NCBI GenBank assembly: GCA_026625185.1
Contig: CP113000.1
Location: 3,102,651-3,134,650, forward strand
Direction of reading: 5' to 3'
Source: Thermodesulfobacteriota bacterium
GTDB taxonomy: Bacteria; Desulfobacterota; WTBG01; JAGOGO01
Length of the DNA: 32,000 nt
In this document: positions 8,458 through 18,065 of the stretch, in pieces
Layout of the letters: each line of letters begins with the position of its first letter
Numbering within the stretch: the first letter of the stretch is position 1
Made by a program: the position numbers and the translations under genes
Notes under the pieces: generated by a model
Told to the model about the DNA's origin: nothing
The model's database searches: none
What the model saw: the letters and a program-made list of their open reading frames with translations, nothing else

Positions 8458-9141
8458 ATGGATCTCACTGCATTGTTTAAATTAAGTTATGGTGTTTATG
8501 TGATTTGCTCGAAAAAGGGAGATAAGATCAATGGCCAAACGGCGAATGCGGTAATGCAAATATCTTCAGAGCCGCCAACCATTGCCATAAGTATTAACAA
8601 ACTGAATTTGACTCACGAATACATTAAAGAAAGCAAGGTATTTTCAATCGCAATTCTCGCACAAGAAACTCCATTAAATTTTATTGGCACTTTTGGCTTT
8701 AAGTCCGGCCGAGATATTAAAAAGTTTGATGGGGTAAATTTCAAGCTTGGAACCTCCCAGGCTCCCGTGCTTTTAGATCATGCTCTTGCCTCAATAGAAG
8801 CAAAAGTAATTAAAGAGGTTGACGCTGGCACCCACACTATTTTTATCGGCGAGATCACCGATGCCGCTAACCTCAAACCGGGTGAACCTATGACCTATGC
8901 TTATTACCACGAGGTAAAAAGAGGAACTACACCCAAAACTGCTGCTACCTATGTTAAAGTAGAACAAAAACCGATTGCGAAGGGAAAATACCAATGTTCA
9001 GTCTGTGGGTATATCTATGATCCGGAAAAAGGCGATCCTGATAGCGGAACACCGGCTGGTACTGCTTTTGATGACCTTCCAGCCACCTGGACCTGCCCAG
9101 TCTGTGGAGCCAGTAAAAGCCAGTTTGAAAAGCTGGCTTAA
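8458..9141 (+). CDS. Flavin reductase-like domain fused to C-terminal rubredoxin (high-molecular-weight rubredoxin, Hrb-type)
   Basis: An N-terminal flavin-reductase fold ([22 protein letters not shown]...HTIFIGEI) is followed by the rubredoxin motif [16 protein letters not shown]...[11 protein letters not shown] set the start at ATG 8458, after SD ggaggg. Confidence 0.85.
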   Translation: MDLTALFKLSYGVYVICSKKGDKINGQTANAVMQISSEPPTIAISINKLNLTHEYIKESKVFSIAILAQETPLNFIGTFGFKSGRDIKKFDGVNFKLGTSQAPVLLDHALASIEAKVIKEVDAGTHTIFIGEITDAANLKPGEPMTYAYYHEVKRGTTPKTAATYVKVEQKPIAKGKYQCSVCGYIYDPEKGDPDSGTPAGTAFDDLPATWTCPVCGASKSQFEKLA

Positions 9142-9179
9142 CAACAAAGCGTATAGACTTTAACAAAAGGAGGCCCGCC

Positions 9180-9749
9180 ATGATTATCTGGGGAGACTCG
9201 ATTGAAAAAGCTGTAAAAAAAGCAAAGGAAGAAAAAAAGCTGGTTTTATTAGATTTTTTTAACCCCGGGTGAGTCGGATGCCAACAGCTGGATGCTGTTT
9301 CTTGGAAAAATGAAAATGTGAGTAAGGTCGTCACGGATTGGTTCATCCCGGTAAGAATCCCCGGGGACAAACAAGGCGATCTTTTTGTTAAGTATTTGGT
9401 AACGTGGACTCCTACGATCGTCATTTTGGATGAAGAAGGAAGAGAGCATTATCGCTTTACCGGGTTTTTAACACCTGAAGATTTATGCGCCCGCATCATC
9501 ATGGATGGAGCTAAGACTGAGTTAACCTTAAAAAATTATGACCTGGCGTTAAAGCGCCTCACCGATGTCATTGAAAAATATAAAGGCACCTGTGCGGTGC
9601 CGGAGGCAATTTTTTATCTTGGGGTGGCGAAGTATCTTTCTAGTCATAACCCGAAGCCATTACGTGAAGGGTTGGATAGGCTCAGAAAAGAATTTCCACA
9701 AAGCGAATGGACTTTGCGGGCCAAACCCTACGAACTAATCAGTCTTTAG
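9180..9749 (+). CDS. Thioredoxin-fold protein (Thioredoxin_7/DUF255-like N-domain + helical C-domain) with selenocysteine: U-V-G-C
   Basis: SD aaggagg precedes ATG 9180. The frame is continuous with track ORF 9318-9749 except for TGA 9270-9272, in KKLVLLDFFNPG-TGA-VGCQQLD, the first position of the thioredoxin CxxC. A hairpin follows 10 nt later. Confidence 0.75.
9283..9299 (+). promoter_or_regulatory. Candidate bacterial SECIS hairpin for the Trx-fold gene
   Basis: Perfect 6-bp stem aacagc/gctgtt with loop tggat (GG in the apical loop), starting 10 nt after the UGA. Confidence 0.5.
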
Positions 9750-9854
9750 ATCATAATGAATTGCTCGACAGTATCGAAAAATTTTTTGATAAAACGCGTG
9801 CGGACTGCGTTCCTTACGCGCAATACCTATAATTTATGAGAAAGGAGACTACCT

Positions 9855-10229
9855 ATGCCTCAACAGTTATCCATTTATAAATGTGAAGTCTGTGGAAATA
9901 TCGTAGAGTTAATCCATGAGGGCCAAGGAGAACTGGTATGTTGCGGTAAGCCCATGAAACTTTTTGTCGAAAACACCGTGGATGCTGCCCACGAGAAACA
10001 TGTGCCGGTGATTGAAAAAACGTCAACCGGGGTGAAGGTCAAAGTGGGTAGCGTCGCCCATCCCATGGAAGAAAAGCACTATATTGAATGGATCGAAATA
10101 ATCGCGGACGGTAAAGCATTTCGCCAATTTCTTAAACCAGGTGATACTCCGGAAGCAACCTTTGCCATCCAGTCTACTAACATTATTGCACGGGAATACT
10201 GTAATTTACATGGATTATGGAAGGCTTAG
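9855..10229 (+). CDS. dfx: Desulfoferrodoxin (2Fe superoxide reductase)
   Basis: N-terminal desulforedoxin motif [11 protein letters not shown]...VCCGKPM, followed by SOR centre II residues ([26 protein letters not shown]). Confidence 0.9.
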   Translation: MPQQLSIYKCEVCGNIVELIHEGQGELVCCGKPMKLFVENTVDAAHEKHVPVIEKTSTGVKVKVGSVAHPMEEKHYIEWIEIIADGKAFRQFLKPGDTPEATFAIQSTNIIAREYCNLHGLWKA

Positions 10230-10268
10230 GGGAACACGGGTGTTTCCAAAATTAAAGGGAGGATTACG

Positions 10269-10757
10269 ATGAGCATTTTTTTTAATCCTGATGAAGTCTT
10301 AGAAATGGCTGAACAAATTGAGAGAAACGGCGCACAGTTCTATCGCCACGCCGCACAAGAAGCTCACGATGGAGAGACCCGTGCGCTCCTGCAAAGTCTT
10401 GCTGCCATGGAAGATGGGCATCAAAAAGTATTCGCCAAGATGAGAGCAAATCTTAAAAAAGAGGAAATTGATTTTAATGCTGACGAACAAGCCTTGTCCT
10501 ATCTTAAGGCCTGGGCGGATGGACATGTTTTCGACATGAAATCTGATTCAACAACGCGCATGCAACAACATCACAAGAACATGGAAGATATTCTCACTGT
10601 TGCCCTGGGCCTGGAAAAGGAATCCATCGCCTTTTATCTCGGTATGAAAAATAGCGTCAATAATAACACCTATCGGGACAGGATTGACGAAATAATTAAA
10701 GAAGAAATGAAACATATTGTTTTGTTGAGCGCTCAATTATCATCGCTCAAAAAATAA
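10269..10757 (+). CDS. Ferritin-like / rubrerythrin-family diiron protein without a rubredoxin domain
   Basis: Four-helix-bundle-type sequence with two ExxH motifs (AMEDGHQKVF, KEEMKHIVLL). Confidence 0.7.
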   Translation: MSIFFNPDEVLEMAEQIERNGAQFYRHAAQEAHDGETRALLQSLAAMEDGHQKVFAKMRANLKKEEIDFNADEQALSYLKAWADGHVFDMKSDSTTRMQQHHKNMEDILTVALGLEKESIAFYLGMKNSVNNNTYRDRIDEIIKEEMKHIVLLSAQLSSLKK

Positions 10758-10783
10758 GTTTTGTAAAAAAAGGAGGATGAGGT

Positions 10784-11221
10784 ATGCCAAAAGCACTGGT
10801 TGTTTACGCAACTCGAACCGGAGATACCCAAACGATCGCTATGCGGATTGCTGAAGGGCTTAGGGCTTCCGGAGCAGAGGTTAAAGTCGTCGCTGTCAAA
10901 GAAATTACAAACTCGTCAGATTTGCAAGGATATGATGCTTATGTTTTTGGTTCTGCAACTTATCACGGCGAAATGATGGAAGCGATGAAAAAGATGCTCT
11001 TTATGGCAGAAAAAGCCAGTCTTGACGGAAAGATTGGCGGTGCTTTTGGGTCTTACGGGTGGAGCGGAGAAGCCCCAGACCGGATTTACCAGACCATGAA
11101 AAATATCTTTAACATGAAAATGGCTGATAATTCTTTACGCATCAAAAGTCCTATCTCCGCTGCTCATACGCCGGTGGCACAGACGTATGGCCGTGAGATT
11201 GGCCAAAAAATAAACGCTTAA
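10784..11221 (+). CDS. Short-chain flavodoxin
   Basis: Carries VVYATRTGDTQTIA (FMN phosphate loop) and GAFGSYGWSGEA. The 145-aa protein has SD aggagg. Confidence 0.8.
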   Translation: MPKALVVYATRTGDTQTIAMRIAEGLRASGAEVKVVAVKEITNSSDLQGYDAYVFGSATYHGEMMEAMKKMLFMAEKASLDGKIGGAFGSYGWSGEAPDRIYQTMKNIFNMKMADNSLRIKSPISAAHTPVAQTYGREIGQKINA

Positions 11222-11246
11222 TCGATAAATTTGTAGGAGGTGCGCT

Positions 11247-11432
11247 TTGACTACACCTAAATATTGTCCTGGGTTTGACCAAGTCAAACACCTGAGTTCT
11301 TTTACGTGTAAATGTCCTCATTGCGGGGAAGAAAAAGAAATCTTTTCCGACGAATTTGACAGAAAACACATCTGTAAGAAGTGCAAAAAAGAAATTGATT
11401 TTTCCCAATGCACTTTAGAAGGACATGTATAA
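11247..11432 (+). CDS. Small Cys-rich zinc-ribbon protein, function unknown
   Basis: TTG start 6 nt after ggagg. Motifs are CKCPHCG and CKKCKK. Confidence 0.5.
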   Translation: MTTPKYCPGFDQVKHLSSFTCKCPHCGEEKEIFSDEFDRKHICKKCKKEIDFSQCTLEGHV

Positions 11433-11460
11433 GAAATGACATGCCGCTTGAAAGGGGGTG

Positions 11461-13531
11461 ATGGGCCGTTAACCGTTTAGTACATAACAAAAGTCCTTAT
11501 CTCCTTCAACACGCACAAAATCCGGTAGACTGGTATCCGTGGGGAAATGAGGCTTTCCAAAAAGCTAAAGAGGAAGATAAGCCGATTTTTCTTTCCATCG
11601 GGTATTCCACTTGCCATTGGTGCCATGTCATGGCCCATGAATCTTTTGAAGATGCTGAGGTTGCTGCTTTTCTTAATCAACATTATGTCGCTATAAAGGT
11701 TGATCGTGAAGAACGTCCGGACATCGACCAGATTTATATGGTTGTGTGCCAAGCGCTCACCGGCCGAGGAGGGTGGCCGCTTTCGATTTTCATGACCCCC
11801 GATACAAAACCTTTTTTCGCCGGCACCTATTTCCCCAAAAAAGGAAGGATGGGGGTTTCCGGATTTCTCGAGATCATTAAACAAATTGCAAGGTTATGGG
11901 AAAAAGACCGGGGACTGATTACAACCTCCGGTGAAAAGATTACTCATGCTATCCAGCTTTTCGCACCACCGAAAGCTGAGAATATAACCCTGGATCAAGC
12001 CAAGTTAAAACTCGCATTTGAACAATTAGCCCAAAGCTTTGAACCACAATGGGGCGGTTTTAGTCCCGCCCCAAAATTTCCTGTTCCCCATAACCTAACC
12101 TTTCTTTTGCGCTGGTTTAAACGAAGCAATGATCCTCTGGCTTTAACAATGGTAGAAAAAACACTCATTAAAATGAGCCAGGGAGGCATTTTTGATCACA
12201 TTGGGTTTGGTTTTCACCGCTATTCGACGGATGAAAAGTGGCTGGTTCCCCATTTTGAAAAAATGCTTTATGATCAAGCCTTATTAGCTCTTGGGTACCT
12301 CGAAGCTTTTCAAATAACCCACAACAATGATTTTAAACAGACCGCGGAAAAAATTTTTACCTATGTTTTGCGGGATCTTACGTCGCCTGAAGGCGGATTT
12401 TATTCGGCTGAAGATGCGGACAGCGAAGGAGAAGAAGGCCGATTTTACGTGTGGACACCAAAAGAGATAAAAACGGTTTTAGGACCAGAACTCGGAGAAC
12501 TCTTTTGCCGTTTCTATAACATTACCCCTACAGGCAATTTTGAGTCCGGCCTCAGTATCCCCCATGAAACTACTCCTGTTAAAGCTTTTGCTGAGCAGGA
12601 AAGTATTGATTTTGCGGAACTTAAAACAAATTTGGAAATTGCCCGGGGAAAGCTTTTCGACGCTCGGGGAAAACGCATTCACCCTTTAAAAGATGACAAG
12701 ATCATCACATCGTGGAATGGACTTATGATCGCTGCGTTCGCGAAAGGATATCAAATACTTGGCGAACAAAAATATATTGATGCTGCTCGAAAAAGCGCTC
12801 AATTTATCTTGAAAAAACTACGAGATCCCGAGGGGAGAATTTTGAGACGGTTTCGGGAAAAAGAGGTTGCTTTTCCCGGTTATTTGGAAGATTATGCTTT
12901 TTTACTTTGGGGCCTTCTTGAATTCTATGAAGCTACTTTTGAGATTGACTATTTTGAAGAAGCAGTTATTATAAATAATGATATGATAGAATTTTTTTGG
13001 GATGAGAAAGAAGGGGGGTTTTTTTATTCCGGAAAGGGTAATGAGACTCTGATCGCGCAAACCAAGGAAGTGTATGACGGTGCCCTTCCTTCCGGCAATT
13101 CAGTTGCTGCGTCAACCATGCTGCGACTCAGTCGTATGACCGGCAATGTTGACTTAGAAAAAAAAGTGGATCGAATGGTGCAAACATTTGCTTCCCAAAT
13201 TTCTGCGTACCCTCTTAACTCAACTTATTTTTTGCAGGCGCTGGACTTCGCCTTAGGTCCGGCTCAAGAGATTGTCATTAAGGGGGACAAAAAAGATCAG
13301 ACAACACAGGCTATGATCATGGTGGTTCAAAAAAGTTTTCTTCCCCATAAGGTCGTGCTGCTCCAATCCGAAGGTTTTGAAGGAGAGCGACTAGCAAAAC
13401 TATCTTCTTTTATAACCCCAATGATTACGTGTAATCCAAAACCTACGGTATATGTTTGCGAACAGTTTAGTTGCAAAAAACCAATAACTGAGGTAGAAGA
13501 ATTAGAATCATTTTTAAGCACCTGTTTATAA
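11461..13531 (+). CDS. YyaL/SSP411-type thioredoxin-domain protein (DUF255 + six-hairpin domain); start codon unresolved
   Basis: The conserved N-terminus [61 protein letters not shown] begins at 11471, upstream of the track start (11630). No in-frame start lies between the TGA at 11459 and 11630. ATG 11461 is in the +1 frame. Confidence 0.8.
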
Positions 13532-13679
13532 ACCCGGGTAGAAAATTTCTAATGAGATTTTTCCCGTGTTAAAAAGTGTAAAAATTTTAAGGTTACCCTA
13601 CGTTCCACGGTAGATACTTGATATCTAACCTGGCAAGTGGGGCATTTCTAACTGGGTAAATTAACTTCACAAGGAAAAC

Positions 13680-13931
13680 ATGATGCAAGAAAAACAAAAT
13701 TTGTGTGAGAAAATAAAGTCTCTTTATCCGGAAATAGGAGCGTGTGGGATTGACGTCGACATTAATTTCGATGAAACCAAAAAGGCTTGGATCGTTGATT
13801 TAAAAAAGGGGGCCCATCATCTTAAAACTCATTTGGAATCACAGGATGCGGATGCGTGCATGGAAGGGAAACAATGTGTTTATCTGGGCACCCAGATTTC
13901 ACAGCTGGTAGAGAACATTAAAAAAGTTTAA
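13680..13931 (+). CDS. Hypothetical 83-aa protein with 4 Cys, first gene of the iscU/nifS block
   Basis: Clean ORF with aaggaaaaca upstream. I recognise no family. Confidence 0.45.
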   Translation: MMQEKQNLCEKIKSLYPEIGACGIDVDINFDETKKAWIVDLKKGAHHLKTHLESQDADACMEGKQCVYLGTQISQLVENIKKV

Positions 13932-13993
13932 TTATTGACCGAAAACTGCAATGAATTTTGTTTTTTGATTTTTTTTGAAACAGGAGGTTCAAC

Positions 13994-14512
13994 ATGTATT
14001 CTAAGACCGTCATGGATCACTTTAAAAACCCTCGCAACGTAGGGGAGATCCAAGGGGCTGATGGTGTTGGTGAAGTAGGAAATCCTATTTGCGGTGATAT
14101 GATGAAAATAACCATCAAGGTAGCTGATGACCGCATTAAAGACATCAAATTTTTGACTTTTGGATGTGGCGCAGCCATTGCGGTTTCCAGCATGGTAACC
14201 GAAATGGCGAAAGGAAAAACGCTTGAAGATGCAAAAAAGATCAGTAAGGAATCCGTCGCCAAAGCCTTAGAGGGCCTGCCAAAAAATAAACTTCACTGTT
14301 CTAACTTAGGCGCCGACGCCCTCCAAATGGCAATCAAGGATTACGAAAACCGCAAAAACGGGAAAGTTAAGGAGCAGGATACAACCGAAGGTTATCATTG
14401 TTACACCGAAGAAGAACATTGCAAGTGCCCTTATTGCGATTCGGAAATGCATGCCGGAGAAAAAACCTGTGCGATGTGTGGTCGAAAAATCGAGATTAAG
14501 CTGAGCATGTAA
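13994..14512 (+). CDS. IscU/NifU-N Fe-S scaffold with a C-terminal zinc-ribbon extension
   Basis: The three scaffold Cys motifs are GNPICGDMM, FGCGAAIA and LHCSNLG. The extra tail reads HCKCPYCDSEMHAGEKTCAMCG. Confidence 0.85.
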   Translation: MYSKTVMDHFKNPRNVGEIQGADGVGEVGNPICGDMMKITIKVADDRIKDIKFLTFGCGAAIAVSSMVTEMAKGKTLEDAKKISKESVAKALEGLPKNKLHCSNLGADALQMAIKDYENRKNGKVKEQDTTEGYHCYTEEEHCKCPYCDSEMHAGEKTCAMCGRKIEIKLSM

Positions 14513-14536
14513 CCTGTGATTGGGAGGATAACATTG

Positions 14537-15700
14537 ATGAACCCGATAAATTTTGATTATATTTCCAGTAATCCGCTCTTGCCGGAAGTTAAGAATGCGA
14601 TGATTGAAGCAATTAAAAAGGACTATGGTAATCCTTCTAGTGCACACCAATTAGGAGAAGAAGCCGCGGAAGAAATAGAAAAAGCTCGCGAAAAGGTGGC
14701 TAAGCTCATTAACGCCTCGCCCGATGAAATAATTTTCACCTCCTGTGGAACTGAATCGAATAACCATGCCATTAAAGGGGTAGCTTTCGCTAAAAAAGAT
14801 AAAGGAAAACATATTTTAACCTCGGACATTGAACACAATGCCGTTTTAAAACCTATCCGGACACTACGAACGTTAGGCTATGATACCACATCGGTTTCCG
14901 TTGACCAGTTTGGAAGAATAAAACCTGATGATGTGCTTAAAGCGATACGGGATGAAACAATTCTTATCAGCATTATGCATTCAAATAATGAAATCGGGAC
15001 CATCCAGCCTATCAAAGAAATCGCGAACATTGCTCGAGAAAAAAAGGTAACCTTCCATTGTGATGCTGTCGCCTCAGTTGGTGTTATCCCTGTGGACGTG
15101 CATGACCTGGGGGTTGATTTATTCAGCTTTGCTGCCAATCAATTCAATGGCCCTTCAGGGGTGGGCGGGCTTTATATCCGTAAAGGAACGAGCCTTTGGC
15201 CTTTACTTGATGGAGGTGGACAGGAAAATAAAAGACGCGGAGGAACAGAAAACCTGATTGGGATTATCGGCATGGGAGTTGCGGCGGAGATTACCCGAAA
15301 AGACATGGAATCCCGTCTGACACACTTCAAGATGATAAAAGAAAGGTTGACGAACGGGTTAAAGGAAAATATTGACGATATTATTTTTAACGGACACCCG
15401 GAATATGCTTTACCCAACCTTATTTCTTTATCCATTAAGTATATCGAAGGAGAAAGCATTGTTTTAATGCTGGATGAAAAAGATATTGCGGTGGCAACAA
15501 AATCAGCCTGCGCCTCGGGGTCGCTTCGTGCTTCTCATGTGCTCATCGCCATTGGAAGAGATTACGCTGATGCCCAAGGAACACTGGTGATAACGTACGG
15601 TCGTGATACTAGCGAGACTGACGTTGACCGATTTTTAGAAGCACTGAAAAAATCGGTTGATACGCTGAGAAAAATGTCTCCACTTTATCAAAAGAAATGA
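14537..15700 (+). CDS. Cysteine desulfurase (NifS/IscS class V aminotransferase)
   Basis: Carries SSAHQLGEEA, the PLP-Lys region and the active-site loop ATKSACASGS. The likely start is ATG 14537 (MNPINFDY). The gene ends in TGA. Confidence 0.9.
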   Translation: MNPINFDYISSNPLLPEVKNAMIEAIKKDYGNPSSAHQLGEEAAEEIEKAREKVAKLINASPDEIIFTSCGTESNNHAIKGVAFAKKDKGKHILTSDIEHNAVLKPIRTLRTLGYDTTSVSVDQFGRIKPDDVLKAIRDETILISIMHSNNEIGTIQPIKEIANIAREKKVTFHCDAVASVGVIPVDVHDLGVDLFSFAANQFNGPSGVGGLYIRKGTSLWPLLDGGGQENKRRGGTENLIGIIGMGVAAEITRKDMESRLTHFKMIKERLTNGLKENIDDIIFNGHPEYALPNLISLSIKYIEGESIVLMLDEKDIAVATKSACASGSLRASHVLIAIGRDYADAQGTLVITYGRDTSETDVDRFLEALKKSVDTLRKMSPLYQKK

Positions 15701-15727
15701 TATCGGCACCAAAGGGACGCAGCTACC

Positions 15728-16693
15728 ATGTATATTTTGGGCATCCAGGGCAGCCCTCGAAAACAAGGAAACTCCAGCACGTTGCTTTCTGCTTTTTTAG
15801 TGGAAGCTCAACAGCTCGGTTCGGAGACCGTTACCCTTGACGTTGCGAGCAAAAAAATACACCCCTGTATCGGCTGTGGCAACTGTGAGCGGGAAGGGTT
15901 CTGCGCTCTTCAGGATGACATGCAAGAGGTGTATCCGCTGTTCTGGAAAGCAGATCTTATCGTGGTTGCCACTCCGATATTTTTTTACCATGTCCCGGCG
16001 CACTTAAAAGCCTTGATTGACCGATGCCAAACCCTGTGGTCAAGAAAATATATCCATAAAATTTCTGATCCCGGGCATCAGTGGAGAAAAGGTTATGTGC
16101 TTTCCGTGGGCGCAACCAAAGGGATGAATCTCTTCGAAGGGTTAACGCTCACCATGAAATATGTTTTTGACGCTGTTGGCGCTGATTTCGGTGGGAGCCT
16201 TACTTTTAGGAAAATTGAAAAGCCCGGGGACATTATTCAACACCCTAGTGCCCTGCAGGAGGTCAAAAGAAAAGCTGAATTTTGGGTCAACCTTTTTCTC
16301 AAACGGAAAAAAATTCTTTTTCTTTGCATTGAAAATAGTTGCCGGAGTCAGATGGCGCAAGCTTTTACTCAACTTTATGGAGGAGATAAGGTTGAGGCAG
16401 AAAGCGCCGGAAGCACCCCCGGAGAAAAAATACATGATCTGATGGTTGCGGTGATGAAGGAAAAAGGAATCGATATGGCTTTTCGCAAACCTAAATCATT
16501 CACCCAACTTGCACCTTCATTTACACCGAATTTAATAGTATCAATGGGATGTGGAGGAGAATGTTCGTTTTTTCCTTCTGCTGGCCGGCAGGATTGGAAT
16601 CTCCCCGACCCTACTCATCAACCCATTGCGGTTATGCGCACCGTAAGGGATGAAATCGAAAAAAAGGTAAAGAACCTTTTGATAACCCTTTAA
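15728..16693 (+). CDS. Fusion protein: iron-sulfur flavoprotein (Isf/NADPH-FMN reductase-like) + LMW-PTP/ArsC-type arsenate reductase domain
   Basis: The N-half has ILGIQGSPRKQGNS and a compact cluster motif CIGCGNCEREGFC. The C-half has the CX5R P-loop LFLCIENSCRSQMA and downstream MGCGGEC. Confidence 0.8.
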   Translation: MYILGIQGSPRKQGNSSTLLSAFLVEAQQLGSETVTLDVASKKIHPCIGCGNCEREGFCALQDDMQEVYPLFWKADLIVVATPIFFYHVPAHLKALIDRCQTLWSRKYIHKISDPGHQWRKGYVLSVGATKGMNLFEGLTLTMKYVFDAVGADFGGSLTFRKIEKPGDIIQHPSALQEVKRKAEFWVNLFLKRKKILFLCIENSCRSQMAQAFTQLYGGDKVEAESAGSTPGEKIHDLMVAVMKEKGIDMAFRKPKSFTQLAPSFTPNLIVSMGCGGECSFFPSAGRQDWNLPDPTHQPIAVMRTVRDEIEKKVKNLLITL

Positions 16694-16732
16694 TAAATCC
16701 GGGAAATCAATCTATACAAAAGGAGGACCATA

Positions 16733-16891
16733 ATGGATAAATATGTATGCTCAGTGTGTGGTTATGTCTATGATCCTGCTAAAGGAGATCCGGAGCAGGG
16801 AGTGAAGCCAGGAACACCATTCGCAGATCTTCCCGCTGGTTGGGGCTGTCCGGTCTGCGGCGCCGCAAGAGATCAATTTGAAAGGGAATAA
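16733..16891 (+). CDS. Rubredoxin (52 aa; missed by the ORF track)
   Basis: SD aggagg. The sequence [52 protein letters not shown] is a canonical rubredoxin. Confidence 0.85.
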   Translation: MDKYVCSVCGYVYDPAKGDPEQGVKPGTPFADLPAGWGCPVCGAARDQFERE

Positions 16892-16912
16892 TCTCACGTA
16901 CGAAAAATTGTT

Positions 16913-18028
16913 ATGAATGAAAATAAAACTTATGGTGGTGCGATCAAGGAATTAACCATTCTTCAAGGCGCAGTCCAAAACACCAACGAGGCTTTTGTAA
17001 CCATTGATCAAGACCACCAAGTAATATTTTTTAACCAGGCAGCAGAAAAAATTTTTGGGTACCGTCGGGAAGAAGTTATCGGACAAAACCTCAACTGCAT
17101 CTTGACTCCTCGGTGCAGTCAAAATCACCAAAAAGCGGTAGAGCGGTATATAAAAACCAAAAATCCGGTCCTGATCGGCCATGAGACTGAGTTTATAGCC
17201 GCCCGCAAGGACGGGGAAACATTTCCCGCCTCTATTTCTTTTTCTGTTTCCGAGGTGGAGGGAAAACTTTATTTTACCGCTTTAATCAGGGATGTGACCG
17301 AGACCAAAACCTTACAGGAACAGCTTTTACAATCCGAGCGTTTAGCCGCGCTCGGTCAGTTGGTGGCGGAAATTACTCATGAGATTAAAAACCCGCTTAT
17401 TCTTATCGGCGGTTTCGCTCAACAATTAAAAAAAACTATCACCGGAGAAAAAGAACTTTCCAAGCTGACTATCATTGTCGAAGAGATCAGGCGGTTGGAA
17501 AGTCTCCTTCTTGAACTTCGCGATTTTTATCTTCCGAAAAATTTGGCGTTTGAAACGCTTAATATCAATGAGCTGTTGGAAGAAGTCTATCTTATCACCA
17601 AGGATAGTTGGGAAAAGAAAAATATCCGGACGACTCTCCAGACGGAGAGAAAGGAAAATTTAATTGAAGGTGATAAGGAAAAGCTAAAACAGGTTTTACT
17701 CAATTTAGTAAAAAATGCGGTTGAGGCCATGGAAGAAGGTGGTAACCTTTCAATTCAGTCCGGTGTAACCGATACTATGGTTGAGGTAAAAATAGTTGAT
17801 GACGGTCCCGGGATCTCAAAAAGTAATCAAGAAAAAATATTTAATCCTTTTTTTACCACTAAAAAACATGGGAGCGGCTTAGGACTGCCGATCTGCAAAA
17901 GAATTATCGGAGATCATCCCAACTCTTCCCTCAGCTTAACCAGTGAAGATGGTAAGGGGACAGTGGCAAAAATAATCTTCCCCGCTCAAAGCCCCACACG
18001 CAAGCCTCTTACCGCAGATAATAGCTGA
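16913..18028 (+). CDS. Cytoplasmic PAS-domain sensor histidine kinase
   Basis: A PAS region (FVTIDQDHQVIFFNQAAEKIFGY) is followed by the H-box EITHEIKNPL, N-box LLNLVKNAVEA, and the motifs DDGPGI and GSGLGLPI. No TM segments were seen. Confidence 0.85.
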   Translation: MNENKTYGGAIKELTILQGAVQNTNEAFVTIDQDHQVIFFNQAAEKIFGYRREEVIGQNLNCILTPRCSQNHQKAVERYIKTKNPVLIGHETEFIAARKDGETFPASISFSVSEVEGKLYFTALIRDVTETKTLQEQLLQSERLAALGQLVAEITHEIKNPLILIGGFAQQLKKTITGEKELSKLTIIVEEIRRLESLLLELRDFYLPKNLAFETLNINELLEEVYLITKDSWEKKNIRTTLQTERKENLIEGDKEKLKQVLLNLVKNAVEAMEEGGNLSIQSGVTDTMVEVKIVDDGPGISKSNQEKIFNPFFTTKKHGSGLGLPICKRIIGDHPNSSLSLTSEDGKGTVAKIIFPAQSPTRKPLTADNS

Positions 18029-18065
18029 TGCTTTAATATAATCGTTATGTAACCTCAAGGAGAAA

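Noticed and set aside
11459-11461. TGA upstream of the yyaL conserved region read as selenocysteine (MPLERG-U-WAVNRL)
   Set aside because: The position lies outside the conserved region. No hairpin follows, only a GTTAAC palindrome with no loop. A 1-nt indel relative to ATG 11461 explains the observation better.
13618-13650. TGGCAAGTGGGGCAT read as a sigma-54 promoter, or ttgata read as a sigma-70 -35 box, upstream of the 13680 operon
   Set aside because: The GG/GC spacing is wrong for sigma-54, and no acceptable -10 hexamer lies 16-18 nt after ttgata.
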